In this document: positions 26,677 through 40,400 of the stretch, piece by piece
How positions within the stretch are numbered: position 1 is the stretch's first letter
Layout of the letters: each line of letters starts with the position of its first letter
Assembly: GCF_001194135.2 (NCBI RefSeq)
Contig: NC_068982.1
Coordinates: 121,358,581 to 121,422,580, forward strand
Length of the DNA: 64,000 nt
Source: Octopus bimaculoides
Taxonomy: Eukaryota
Direction of reading: 5' to 3'
Program-made: the position numbers and the translations under genes
Notes under the pieces: generated by a model
What the model was told of the DNA's origin: nothing
Database searches by the model: none
What the model saw: only the letters and a program-made list of their open reading frames with translations

Positions 26677-28324
26677 AAAAGAAAAAAGAAAACTTTGAAA
26701 ATGTAAAAAAAAACCCCAGTTAATATGCATATCTGTATATATATAGATATATACGAATGTATGTGTGCTTGTAAAAAGTTGATCATCAATTTCATGTTAT
26801 CAATATCAGTTTCATATTAAAATGTGAAGTAGACTCTGTGTGTATGTGTGTGTGTGCATGTATTGAAGAGATTGCAAGATATTAAGAAATTAGAAATTAG
26901 AGGTCAAATGTTTACATAAATAATACTGACATTTTCTGTGGCCCGTTAATTTAGTTCACACCTCTGTACTGGTGGTATTTTATTATTTTCATGGTAGCTA
27001 TAGAATGCTGACAGTATTGTTTGTTATTTCTGTTTCAGTGCATAATGCTGATGGTAGTTTATTATTTTTGTGATTACTGTAGAATGCTGGCAGTGTTTCA
27101 GTGATGACAGCTGCTGTATTTCTAAAATTCTTTCATCTATTATTGGAATTTCTCCAAGGTGGTATGGCTGGAAACTAAAGGAGAGAGAGAGACCTTTTGG
27201 AGACAAATGAATTAAAGACCACCATTTCAGCTTCTCTTATCTCACATATTGACACATCAAGTCACAGACTTTCTATTCCACTACAGTTGTTATATTAGAT
27301 CTTCAGGGATGACTCATACTTTCTCTTATAATGTTGCAGAAGCAAGTCCTAGGAGAATCTAAATCTTTGGTGGCTGTTAAGCACAAGTCATTTCTGATTC
27401 AGCAGACTTATGAGACATTACATTCCAGAAATGACCATCCAGTCTGTTTTGGAGGCTACAAATTGGTAGAGTTGTTGGATAGAATGTCTTCTGGTATTTA
27501 TCCCGGTTCTCTGCGTTCTGATTTCAATCCCATCTAGATCAACTTTGTCCTTCATCTTTTCAGGATTGCTACAATGTTTTTTTCTTCTCTCTGGAAGAAA
27601 TCAGATGTAGTTGAACCTAGAGAGGATAGACTCTGCTAGGTTTAAATGCTCAAGATAATGCAATATCTTGACTCCTCTGGAATTTGAAGGTTGAAACCAC
27701 AGTAAGGGTTGCATTATCTAATTGTCTTTTCTTTATTTAATATGGTATGGTAGGGTGTGATTTGAAGAAGATAAAGTGGTGGCAATTTTTAGCAAGTTGG
27801 TGGACTATGAAGTCAGGTTCATGGTTTGAGCATAGACATATCAATGTTCTATTCAATTACTTCCTAGTGATTAGAAGTCTTGTGTCTATCTTAGAAAGAT
27901 ATTTTTCCAAGTCAAAATAAAGAGAAAAATTATTCTCCATGTAGTCACTTAATTTGCTAAAAGTAATTAACATATCTTTCTCAAATAACACTCTCTTGTC
28001 TAGGGAAATGGACACATTCAATAATGTATTTCTGGATACACCATTCCTGTAAAAGAGACAAAATGGTCATTGCTAGACTACCTTTGGAATTATGCATCTA
28101 CACAATCAAAACTAACTCGGGGCAAAACAACAATAATAAATATATTTTGCCTTGATTTACTCTTACTAAATAAATTGTAGAATGTCTGAACATATTAACT
28201 TGCCAATACATCAAATACGGTAGGTTATCTTTATAGCAATATAATAATACCAGTTTATTGTGAATTCCTTGAAAACACTTTTGTTACTAGTAATATATTC
28301 AAATTTATTCATATTTGATTTCAG

Positions 28325-28849
28325 GTACAGTAATTCCAAAACACATTCATAAAACACATTCCAGTCACTTAAAACTACTGAAACTAAAAAGTTCAGATTT
28401 TAAAGACCCCACATCATGGCATAACCCTACTATTCTAGATAACGACAGGAATAGCAACCAAGCTTGGATCAGACCTAACCTGCAGTCAAATATAGAACAA
28501 GTGGCGAAAACAAACTCTCAACAGAGAACACTGCATTTACAAGGGAACGAGGATCAGATTAAAACAGTAGGCAGTTCATATAAACAACGGCAGCCTGAAA
28601 GCAAGAACCCTTTAAAGCTGTTTGATGGAGATTGGTCACAAAACAAGAATCACCACAGCGCATATATACTAAGTATTCATAGAAATAACAATGAAATCGG
28701 TAAAGAGATTCTGCATCCATACAGATCTGGAGACTCAAGTGTGAGTACCCAGAAACAGAATGTTACTTCGAAAAACCCCAGTGCTGAAAAACATAAACAG
28801 AAAGTTGATGAATCAGGATATATTCCAATGCATGATATTTACTTCATCG
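28325..28849 (+). CDS. NPDC1: 525-nt phase1-phase1 exon encoding the hydrophilic lumenal/extracellular region of an NPDC1-like protein
   Basis: TTTGATTTCAG acceptor, G|GTAAGT donor, and 175 open codons inside the 201-aa ORF, which is the longest non-repeat ORF in the window. Ends MHDIYFI and splices in frame to exon 41498. Confidence 0.8.
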
Positions 28850-30259
28850 GTAAGTCCTGTTTAATTTGCTTTATTTTTTTTTACCACTCATACTTCAAAC
28901 TCTATTCGCTCACATTCTAATCTCTAGTCACTTACTCACCATTGTTTAGCCATTCATACACCAATCACTAGCCAACTACATTCCCACTTCCAGCCACTCA
29001 TACTCCAACCTCTTGCCACTCATACTCTAACCTTTAGCCACTCACTCACCAATATACTTCAACCTTTATCTCACAGGACATACTGTCTTGTTACTATTAT
29101 ATATTCTACCACTACTACTACATCCTCTGCTCCTCAAAATTAGTTACATATCATCCACATTTGCCCAAGGTATCATGCAATGGGACTGAAACCATGGTTG
29201 AGAAGTAAGCTTCTGAATCACACAGCCACACCTGCAATTTACAATTGCTATATTCATCATATTCAGAAAAGTTATTCACTTGCATGCTAATAATTGAAAA
29301 TATATGAATTTAAAGCATTATACAACCCATTCAGTCATAAAAAGTATATATGTGGTTGTATTTAGGAAGAAAAAGCAAATATTCATTCAAATATTGATTA
29401 CAAAGAACAAAGCAAAAAGATAAACAAGCAAACTAAAATACAGAAAAAAGAAATTAATAATTGTGATGGAAATGTTGTCAGTTGATTTGTATAGGTGAAT
29501 GCAAAGCTTTTTATTTTATTTTTTTAACACTTTAAAACCAGAATCCAGATTTTGGTTCTTCCATCGTTGTTCACTGTAGAAAGTGCTTCATAAATCTCTT
29601 TCATTGTTGGCAGTGAATCGTTGTGATTTAGTCAACAATATACTTGTAGTGTTCACCTGTTTAATCAATAAGGTTATCTATCTCTAATAGTTACATTCAC
29701 TAATAACTTACTGATTCAGACACTTTCTATATAGCTTACTTTCAAAAGCATCCTTCATTTTTTTGTTTCTTTCCTATTTTCTTAATATTATTTCAGTGTT
29801 GTTTTATATTTTGTATTTTGCTACTCCACTATTTGAATTCTGTAAAAGATTTCAACCCACCACACTACCTACTTTCACCCATCACTTTATAATCAGTCAT
29901 TTTTACTTCATCTATGTGTTTTCTGCTTGAATGTGACTGAGATAGACAGTACTTAGAACATTCAAACAGTTTCCATATAAACAGCACCTCGCTTTGTAAA
30001 TCCTTTATACATGTCATTCAAAATCTTATTCTTCTCTTTACTGTTTTATATTGAAAATGTGAGGAGAAATAAATGAAAACAAGATGAACAAAAAAAAAAA
30101 AGAAAAAAAGAAATCACCCAAAACAGCAATGATTGATGGTAGCAGCACATTATTGAACACTATTATAGCATCATTCTAAAATCACTTACCTCCCATCTAA
30201 TCAAGACCAGCAGACACATTCATACACACTCAAATACACAGGCACCTACATACATACAT

Positions 30260-30292
<33 letters not shown>

Positions 30293-32604
30293 TACATACA
30301 TACATACATACATACCTGCATGCATGCATGCATGCACTTACGTAAACAGTGGGTAAATTGTACTTCATATTACTGTCTCTAGGCTAGAGAGAACTAAGTA
30401 CAGATTAATTGTAGAATGATAGAGTATTCTGGAATTTGGAAAGCCCAATGCTTCACAGTGACCTATGATTTTATCCCTCATTATGACCTGTGGTTTCATT
30501 CTTGATGGGAACATCATTATCGTCATCATACATCCCGTTTCCATACTGGCTTTGGTCCTTAGAGTCTGAGTCAGCACTTGTGCAGAGTTACTGCCTTCCA
30601 TGACAGTTCAGAAGATCACATCTTATTCATAAGTTTCATGTTTGGTTTTGTTTGCCTTTCGTATCACCAACCTTTTATGCAGAGCATGCTGGGTATACTT
30701 TATCATGACTCCAGCACTAGAGAGGTTGTAAGTTCTTGATAAGACTATGGGATCTTTGCTTGTTGGCTAACGATAGTACGCTTCTTGATGTGATCATTCA
30801 CTCAAAGCAGCATGAAAAAGAAGGAAAGTGAATGAAAGTGAGAGCTGTAGCCAAAGAAAGATCCTGGTTGGGTGGGTGAAGAGAGTAAGAGTTTGACAGC
30901 ATAGAGAGGGTGATTGAGTTGAAATGGTGATAGATGGAGAGAAAGAGTGATGAATATTGGGAGTGAACACTGATGGATGCTGATAACAGTTGGCCCAGGT
31001 GAAAAAGGGTGATGGTAGAGTATATCAAATACAAGCAGTATTTGTAATCTTTTATTCATAGGCCTCACAAAGAGGGAAGGAGTGAGAATGGTAAGGATGA
31101 AAGAAAAGAGTAGAGGAAGAATGAAATATGAGTTGACTCAGAACCACCCCTCATTACACAGACAACAGAAGAGAGAATGTTAGAGAGATGAGAGGGTCAG
31201 ACATGAGAGAGCCTTATTTTTCATCAGCTGGATAGTATAATGAATGGAAAAGAGGATGAGCAGTGAAAACATGAGTGATGAAGAGAGGAGTCTTAGAGAG
31301 GTGAGAGAGTGACATAGGAGAGTGATGTAGAAATGACAGTGACCATGTGTGTCTGTGTGTATGTAAGCAGTGCTCTAGCATGGTTATATATGTAAACAAA
31401 TAAAAGAATATATTTTGCAGTTGTATTTGTTTGATAAGTGACTTGATCTAAGGTTGTTATTAAAAACGCACACACACACCGTGTAAAAGACACACATACA
31501 TACAGCTATATTCATTTTCATTGTCTCAGTAGTATTACATGTTAAACGCATCAAAAAATAGTCATACATTTAAGACCTGATCACTGATACAATTCCATTG
31601 TATGTCACGCAACAGAATTGTGTTAGCTACCAGATCATTGAGGTACACCAAAATATTTGAACATTTTATAGTATACAATACTATCAAAATATCAAATAGA
31701 AATTTATCTAATAGTGTATAACTCTTATCTTTTACTTGTTTCAGTCGCTGGACTGCAGCCATATAGTGATACCACCTTGGAGGGTTTAGTCAAACAAAAC
31801 CCCAGTACTTACTTTAAGTCTGTTCCGTATTCTGTCTCTCTTTTGCAGAACTGTTAAGTTACAGGGACATAAACAAACCAACACTTGTTGTCAAGTGGAA
31901 TGAGGAAGAAGTACAATGACACGCAGATATTTATATAGACAACAAGCTTCCATTTATATTCCATTGACCAAATTCTCTCACAAAGCATAGGTTGGCCTAG
32001 GGCTTTAATAGATGATACTTGCCCAAGGTGCTGTGTGTGGAGGTACTTTTTAAATGTTCTATATATGCACTAATTCCTTGCATTATGGCAGGGTTGTGTG
32101 CCTGAAAGCTTTGTTGTAACATAAAATTCTTTCACACTAAGCTATTTTCTCTTAGATTTCCATGTTACAAATTGAGATGTGTTTCTTCTGAATTTTTTAA
32201 GAAGATATAGGAAATAGTATGACTACTTTTATGTCTGAAAATAATGATTTTTAACTGTAAACAGCACAGTATACATACAAACATTTCCATAGAAATGCAT
32301 TTGGGGAATAAATGAGAATAAACTTTTATCTTTCGCTTGAATGCTCACCATGTTTATCAGCACATTACATCCAGTTTGATTGTTGAACCACACACTTTCA
32401 TACAGAGCATCACATCTGATCTGTGGAAAACAGCATCTGGGCAGTGGAGTATAGCTGCTTCAGCACTTCACCCAATTTTGTCTTTGTTGTCATGCATTGT
32501 TTCCACTGTAAGCGTTGCAATATGGTTGAAATATCCTCCCACATCAAACCTTGGTAAAACAACAAGTTTAATGTCCAACATTATCCTTTACGTAATTCTT
32601 ATAG

Positions 32605-32740
32605 CGTTAACAAGAAATCTACATAAAGGTGGTGATAAACAAGAAATTATAACTGCCACAGCAATAAACAAGAAATCCACACAGTGATAGCAATAGAGAA
32701 GAAATCCTCACAGTCACAGCTAAAACAAGAAACCTGTACA
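32605..32740. repeat. ~29-30-bp minisatellite, 5 units (AAACAAGAAATC..)
   Basis: Anchors near 32609, 32638, 32667, 32697 and 32724. Confidence 0.7.
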
Positions 32741-33035
32741 GTGCGGCATTACTTGGTGCAGGCAAGGCTGTGTAGTTAAGACGTTCTGCTTTCCAACTAT
32801 GTGGTTTCAGGTTCAGTCCCACTTTGTAGTTTTTTGGGAAAGTATCTTTTACTATAGCCCAAAATCTTTGTGAGTGGATTTGGTAGACAGAAACTGAAAT
32901 AACCCCATCATAGATGTGTATGTGTGTGTGTGTGTACATACGTATGTATTTATGTATGCATACATGTATGTGTTTGTGTGTGTGCATGCGCACCTATGAA
33001 TTGTGTGTGTACATACATATGTATTTATATATATA

Positions 33036-33305
33036 TGTGAAAGACTGGAAATGAAAGACATTGTTTGCGTGACAGTGAGAACTCCATTACAATTACTGGA
33101 TGATGTCAAGGCAAGGTGACACAAAAATCCATGCACACACACATGCACATATACAAATACATATATAAATATATATATATGTATTTGTATATGTGCATGT
33201 GTGTGTGCATGGATTTTTGTGTCACCTTGCCTTGACATCATCCAGTAATTGTAATGGAGTTCTCACTGTCACGCAAACAATGTCTTTCATTTCCAGTCTT
33301 TCACA
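33036..33305. repeat. 270-bp spacerless palindrome centred on a (TA)n tract
   Basis: 135-bp arms with a single mismatch (33168/33173). Confidence 0.9.
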
Positions 33306-33655
33306 GAAAGGTATCTGATTTTGGGGAAATATCACCTTGCTTGGTAACAGGAGGAACATCAGTCCATAGTAAACTAGTAAATCTGCTTCAGCAAATTCTA
33401 TCTGATTAAAACAAACATAGAAAAGTTGTACATTAAAATGATGATGTTGATATCTGCATACATACATACAAATCTGTAAAACTTTCCAGAATTAAAGATC
33501 GTTTGCCAACATATCATGGCAGTCCTGGTTTAGGATGAATGTTGCTGTAATTTAGCCCCAGGAGACATAGTCTCTAGCTGGCTATATGACATGATCTGTG
33601 TCCTTATATTTTCAAACAACAGAATCTAGCACCCCCACTCAGCTCAAAGCAATAT

Positions 33656-33698
33656 CTGTGTATCGTAATTTCTGGGTTATTTCCCTTCATCAGCACAG
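33656..33698 (-). ncRNA. Type I hammerhead motif (element 2, left arm)
   Basis: CTGTG-CTGATGA-AGGG AAATAA CCCA-GAA-ATTACGAT-A-CACAG: helix I 5 bp, core intact, first helix II pair A.A mismatched. Confidence 0.6.
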
Positions 33699-33892
33699 AA
33701 TAATTGTTCGGCTATAGGTGGCGCTGCCAAATTCCCGTTCAAAATATATACTTTTCAAAGTGACAACTAGTCACTGATCTTATAAATTAGGAAATTACTA
33801 TTTTTAAATCTCACAACGAGAGATATTCAACAACAGTACTTTGGAGTAAAGATTGTTTGCCAACATAACATGTCTCTAGCCGAACAATTATT

Positions 33893-33935
33893 CTGTGCTG
33901 ATGAAGAGAAATAACCCGGAAATTGTGATATGCAG
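33893..33935 (+). ncRNA. Type I hammerhead motif, decayed helices (element 2, right arm)
   Basis: CTGTG-CTGATGA-AGAG AAATAA CCCG-GAA-ATTGTGAT-A-TGCAG. Confidence 0.5.
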
Positions 33936-35728
33936 ATATTGTTTTGAGCTGAGTGGGGGTGCTAGATTCCCTTGTTCAAAAATCTGACACAGATCGTGTC
34001 GTATAGCCAGCTGTAGACAATGTCTCCTGGGGCTAAATTACAGNNNNNNNNNNGTCGTATAGCCAGCTGTAGACAATGTCTCCTGGGGCTAAATTACAGC
34101 AACATTCATCCTAAACCAGGACTGCCATGTTGTGTTGGCAAACAATCTTTACTCCAAAGTACTGCTGTTGAATATCTCTTGTTGTGAGATTTAAATATAG
34201 TAATTTTCTAACTTTCCAGAAGTTTATCATTTAAGTACATATGAGCATGTCTAGACATGCAACTATATGGATGAGAATACATACAAAACATACAAATCTG
34301 CACATATAAATACATACATACATACATAATACATACATACATACATACATACATACCAAATACCCTGTTGATGATGTTGAGATTCCGATGAAGAAGCCTT
34401 GGATCTAGGTTAGAAACCAGCTCATCCATTGGCTATAAGTCTTGAAATAAAACTGAATAATGACATACATACATGTCCATGCATGTATGTATATATGCAT
34501 GCGTGCATGCATGCATATCAAAATAGTACTAAAACAGCAGTTATTTCTATAAACCCTTGAACATTTCAACAATAATCACTCGACCCATCAATCACCAATA
34601 ATATAGGTACTATATGGTCATTCAGGCCATAAGAGGTAGTAGCTAAATTTCTCTTAAATCCCTAAAATTACACCATATTGGATATTGTAATCCATATACA
34701 CCTTGCTTAATTAAAGAAGCTGAGATGGTCATGGTTGGAACATTTGATCATACATCTGCTTCATCAGAGCTGAACCCTCCTATGACCAAATACTCGATTC
34801 TCATATCAACAAACGTTGACTCCTCCTATCACCAAACACAGGAACTAAAACCTAATTTCGAATTGTCTCCCTTGCCATTGTTTGGTCTAGTGAATCAATG
34901 TTTACCAATGTTTACCCCACCTCAGTACATGTGCAATCTCAATTAATTAAAGCAATTATACTCACCACATTAGGTATGTTAACACTTCATTATATATGTA
35001 ATTAAAATTATCGTTGCTTTCTTTCCTTTTTCATGTTTTCTCTTTTCTTTCTCTCTCTTTTGTTTTATTGTCTCTCTTTCTCTCTATTCTTCCCTCTCAC
35101 TCAGTTTTCTCTATCTTCTCTCTCACTCTCTGCCTCTCCTCTTTCTGCTATCTTCTTTTCTTTTCTTACTCTCTCTTCTCTCCTTGTCATTCTTCTTACT
35201 CTACACCTACTCATCTTTTTCTTCTACACTCCTTAACTGTTGTAGTGGTGGTGGAGGTAGCCTTGGGGCTGTAGTATGGTGGTGGTAGTGGGTTTCTATG
35301 GTAGTGGTTGGTGTTTTTCACTAAAGATAATAGAAGTAGTTGACAGATGCATCATTGTTGGTGATGAGGGTGTGTTCCTTGCTCTGGGATTCTTTGATGT
35401 TGCTCGCTTGTAGTAATGCAGACCTGAAGAAACCACCACCATCATCATTAAATCCATTACTACTACTGCTGCTACTACTACTACTACTACTACTATTAAT
35501 AATAATAATAATAACAATAATAATAATCCTTTCTGCTGCAGGCACAAGGCCTGAAATTTTGGGGGAGGGGGGGGGTCTAAGTTGATTACATCGACCCCCA
35601 GCAGATGAGTGGTACTTAATTTATTGACCCCGAAAAGATGAAAGGCAAAGTTGACTTCAGTGGCATTTGAACTCAGAACAGAGCGATGGGCCGAAATGCT
35701 GCTAACAATTCTGCCAGCTCACTGCCTC

Positions 35729-35802
<74 letters not shown>

Positions 35803-36276
35803 TGATGATGATGAGGAAGATGATGTCTTTTATGTGCCACGAGGTCTCAAAACAATGAGGACACTATAAAAGAATGAAGTACAACACAGTTGATCAAAAG
35901 AAAATGAACAACAATAAAAAATATAGCAAAAAACAAAAATATAACAGAAAATAAGACTAGCAATTTTAAAGGAAAAGGTTCAGCCAATCACCTGAACCCT
36001 GGTGGTTGACTGATAAAAATCAATTGCATGCAAATGAAGTAGTATTAGCTGTTATCTATGTATCATATCTAATATATATATATATATATATATATAATCA
36101 TAAATATACAGGGATTAGCAGGAGTTGCTTCTCCAACATACTGAGAATTCAGAAATAGCAGTCAAAGAACTACTGATTCCAAACTACAAATTTTTTCTCT
36201 AACGGATGGCGATATTTATGGCACACACAGAACAAAAAACAGAAGAGAAGAGCAAAAACAAACCTGCCTTTAGTTA

Positions 36277-36339
36277 ATTGGGTACGACGTTTCACGGTTA
36301 AAGGTATGAAGTTACCCTATTCCGATCTTCAGCCTCAAT
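36277..36339 (-). ncRNA. Type I hammerhead motif (element 3, left arm)
   Basis: Mirror of 36572-36634 with one helix II substitution. Confidence 0.55.
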
Positions 36340-36571
36340 ATTCNNNNNNNNNNNNNNNNNNNNNNNNNNNNNNNNNNNNNNNNNNNNNNNNNNNNNNNNN
36401 NNNNNNNNNNNNNNNNNNNNNNNNNNNNNNNNNNNNNNNNNNNNNNNNNNNNNNNNNNNNNNNNNNNNNNNNNNNNNNNNNNNNNNNNNNNNNNNNCCTG
36501 CCTCACGTGGTCTTGATGTCGCATGGTCAAAATTCACACGAGTTATTAGAGACTTTCAAATTTATTCGAAT

Positions 36572-36634
36572 ATTGAGGCTGAAGATCGGAATAGGGTAAC
36601 TTCATACCCTTAACCGTGAAACGTCGTACCCAAT
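36572..36634 (+). ncRNA. Type I hammerhead motif (element 3, right arm)
   Basis: ATTGAGG-CTGAAGA-TCGG AAT AGGGTA ACTTCA TACCCT TAA CCGT-GAA-ACGTCGT-A-CCCAAT: core intact, GUA triplet, helix I with one bulge, U.U at the base of helix II. Confidence 0.55.
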
Positions 36635-36905
36635 TAACTAAAGGCAGGTTTGTTTTTGCTCTTCTCTTCTGTTTTTTGTTCTGTGTGTGCCATAAATATC
36701 GCCATCCGTTAGAGAAAAAATTTGTAGTTTGGAATCAGTAGTTCTCTGACTGCTATTTCTGAATTCTCAGTATGTTGGAGAAGCAACTCCTGCTAATACC
36801 TGTATATTTATGATTATAAATGGTTTTACCGATAAAGGTTTTTCATACCGAGCTACTCGGCAAAATTGTTAACTATTAATTTTATTACTAATTGATGATT
36901 CTCTG

Positions 36906-36941
<36 letters not shown>

Positions 36942-36964
36942 CATTGGCAGGTTAAATGCTCCAA

Positions 36965-37423
36965 TGTATACTGTGTTTTTAACATAGCATGTCTATAAAG
37001 AATTTTATCTTGGATTAAGACTGCAGTATTTTGCCTGTCAACATTAAGTATGATATATAAATATCTAGATTAATATAATGCCGCTTCCATTGCATACACC
37101 AGACTTTTATTCTGCCCGACAGCTGTTTGCAATATCAGGGAATGTATTGTTCAGTGAATGTCATTCTTCAATGTATTGTCACTGTTTTGGTTGTGACAAA
37201 CTTTGTTTTAGCTTGTGGCAGTGAGTATACATTCCTGACAAGGCCCAAGGAAGCCGTAATGCATCTGACATTCTTGTTAGCCACTGCCAAGACAATTTTT
37301 CGTTGCCTTCCAGTATATATTGTGCTTTTGATACAGTATGTCTATAAGAAAATTTATCTTGGGTGAATGCCACAGTGTTTTGCCTGGTAATGATGTATAT
37401 ACTTTAAGTATGATACATAGATT
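36965..37423 (+). repeat. ~105-bp imperfect direct repeats (36965-37071, 37313-37423) enclosing a hammerhead-like relic
   Basis: TGTCTATAA.GAA.TTTATCTTGG...TTTTGCCTG...AAGTATGATA is shared. CTGACAA-GGC..GCC-GTAA-TGCAT-C lies at 37235-37265. Confidence 0.55.
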
Positions 37424-40400
37424 GCTACTTGATTGATAGTTTATTTTATCAACTCCCAAAAGGATGAAAGTCAAAATTGACCAAGTACTGAGATCAGTAC
37501 AATCAACTACCCTCTTTCTTTGAATTTCAGGTCATGTGCCTATGATAAAAGTTATTATTATTTCTAACAGAGGGATGGGTTCACACATTTTGTGGAAAGG
37601 GTAAATTTACGTTGACCCCAGTAGGTTAGTTGTTACATGGACACTGAGTCACACATTGGCAGGGGTAAAGCTGGTTGAACTAATTCTCATTAGGTTAGTA
37701 GTATTTATTTTATTGATCCTAGCGTTACTCATCATCATAATCATAATCATCCATAACATCAGCAAAAGACTGTAATCATCACTCTACCATGAATGCCCCC
37801 CCTCCCTCCTACCTTTATATGACTAACATCATCATAATACCAATGCACCAAAAGTCATGAGGGGGAGCTTTTATATGGTCATCTGATCTGCTAGAAATAG
37901 TAGCCAAACCTTCCTCAAAGAACACACTGTTGTTTTGAAGGAAGCAAAGAGACATTCAGGAAAGTGGACCTAGATAGCCCTGGATTATATTTGGAATGGT
38001 ATTCGCTATAGAGGTATGCTCAATCAGGGTTAATATGGAGTTTGACAACATAACTTTTTACATTCCTCACTATCCCCATCAGCATCACATCCACTACCAT
38101 CAAACTGTCACCACCACCTATACCATCACCAGTTCCACCTATACTGTCATCACCACCACTTATGCCATCATCACCACCATATGTATGATCACCAAAAGCT
38201 TTTATACCATCACCACCACCATCACTTATACCATCACCACCGTATAGTAAATTACCATCACTGTTAGCCACAAATCATCATTAACAATACTGTTCCCATT
38301 TACATTAATATTGATTTAATATTAATGTAAATGGCAGTAGTAATACATTGATATTACCTTACTACTGCCACAACTGCCTCTAAGTCCTGCGATTATCACA
38401 ATTTAAAGGGTAAAAACCTCTTTTGATCATAAATGACCATGGGATTGCTCCTAGAAAGTTCCCCTCCAAGGCACAAGTCTGGACAAGGTTGTTTATGAAA
38501 GACCAGCAATCACCCATGCATACCAAACTTCCTGCTCCATGGCACGGATGTTATCTAAGGGAAAGGCAAAGGCTGATACAGCTTGGCACCAGTAACATCA
38601 CAACTCATTTCTACAGCTGAATGAACTGGATCAACGTGAAATAAAGTGTCTTGCTCAAGAACACAACACACAACCTGTTCTGGGAATCAAACTCACTACC
38701 TCATGATTGCAAGCCTAACACTCTAACTACTGAGCCTAAAATCATAACCACCAAAGCTACCATCACAACTACCACCACTATTGTCACCACTGCCACCTCT
38801 GGCATAAACTTCTATCACCATTCTCCAACACTTCTGCCACCATCACCAACTACCACCACAGCCTTTTCCTTCACTATCATCATTACTATCAACATCATCA
38901 TATTGCTACCATCAACTATCATGTTAGATATCATACCGTCACTACATTCTAACACTAACTTTCAGCATCTCACCATCTTTTTAACCATCATTCAGCCACT
39001 AAAATGAACTCTACTAACACCATCCTGTTATCCACTATATGACCACCAGCACATTCTGCTTCTACTATTATTATCTACAGTATCCTATTAGCCATTATAC
39101 CCTCACCATTATACTCTACCACCAACACCACTGCCATATACTATTATTGCTATCAATATCATCCAGTTAACCATCATAGTAACCAATATACTGCTGTGTC
39201 TGTGAACTTTGTATTGAAAATGTTAACTTTAACTAGTTAAAACATACATTCAACATTTCTTTGTCAATCTTTAGAAATCTGCTGAATAACATTTTAACAT
39301 TGGCAATTTCATAGAAATATTTCTTTGAAATTCTCTTCTTTTATGTCATATGTTTTTTTGTGGGTTAAGAGAAAATATGTAGTGAAAATATTCTTTACAT
39401 CTCCATCACTGAAATATTCTTGCTACACTGATAGAATCAGTAGGATTTTAGCCTGTAAATAATGGATTGATGGTTTATATCTCATAATTGCCATTGCCCA
39501 GTGTCTCTTGGTGACAAGTACAGTAAGAAGGGAGAGTACTGGATAATTGACAGATGTTTGTTCGATTGTAGGACTGGGTTCAAATCTTTGGATGAGTATA
39601 GATGTAGAGACATGATGATTGAACTAATAAAGTATCAGAAGACTTGCTTGTAGGCTGAGAATTTTGTGATATTGCTGTTATTTTTACGTTGTTTCCGGGC
39701 ACATCTCTTTATTTTTTGTTATCCAAATGTAAGAAAAATTCATACTGGATCATTTGGAAATGTTACCTGCAACAGATGTATATATTAATCATGGGGAAAT
39801 CTTAACTCTCATCCATTTAACTCCATGAAACCACAGCTAAATATCGTGCTTTTAAAACTTTTTGAGTTTTTAGAAAAATTTATATTTTTTTATGTTTTCT
39901 ATGAGCAAGTCTTTGAAGAGGGATTGGTTATGCTCAGTTGACTTGCACTGGATACATCATTTAAAGATGAAAGTCTTTAGTGGTTGAATCTATGAAGCTT
40001 GCTACTAAATAGATGGCAGACTTAATTTATTGCCCAAGTTAACATGGCCACCTGGTCTATGGATGCCTTTAGCAGATTTTGCTTTGTTGCTAGCATTTGG
40101 GCCAGATCTTCTGTCTGAGGTAAGTTCTTATCATCAATCAATCCAGACCTCTAGTCCAACTTATTATTATATATTGTTGTACAGATACTGTGACTCAGCT
40201 CATTAAGGTTATACTGACCTCTAGTTCAAAATGATTGTACATAATCATTATACAGACTTTAGTCCAGAAATAGTGCAGTACATTGCCATGTTGACATCTG
40301 ATTCAAATTTACATTAGCATAGTTCAACTTACTTCTTTACATCACAACATAGACCTGTAGTTCAGATTTTTTTTACTAACTTATTTCTGAACATTGCTAT

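Larger units (their letters stand above)
33492..34209. mobile_element. Foldback element 2: nested inverted repeats, two hammerhead motifs, 12-bp TSD
   Basis: Arm 33493-33714 is inverted at 33877-34151, and 33788-33872 is inverted at 34126-34210. AACTTTCCAGAA occurs at 33480-33491 and 34210-34221. Confidence 0.85.
36093..36818. mobile_element. Foldback element 3: 251-bp inverted arms, one hammerhead motif per arm, inserted beside (TA)n; spacer partly in gap
   Basis: 36093-36343 versus 36568-36818 show 3 mismatches by manual comparison. About 90 bp of extra sequence continues rightwards to (TA)n at 36909. Confidence 0.8.

Noticed and set aside
28819-28830. YIPM (YxxM) PI3K SH2-type motif
   Set aside because: It lies just N-terminal to the TM helix, so it is predicted to be lumenal and not accessible to SH2 domains.
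32361-32507. Candidate exon within the 116-aa ORF 32337-32687, and a GAG|GTAAGT donor near 40120
   Set aside because: Exons 28849 and 41498 already join into a natural NPDC1-like sequence, so intervening exons are unnecessary and unsupported.
33998-34099. 46-bp exact direct repeat across a 10-N gap (likewise 44 bp at 44860-44957)
   Set aside because: Typical unmerged contig overlap, not a biological duplication.
34372-34420. CCGATGA...GAAA hammerhead-like string
   Set aside because: The core is mutated and helices I and III are unconvincing, so it is kept only as a weak relic.
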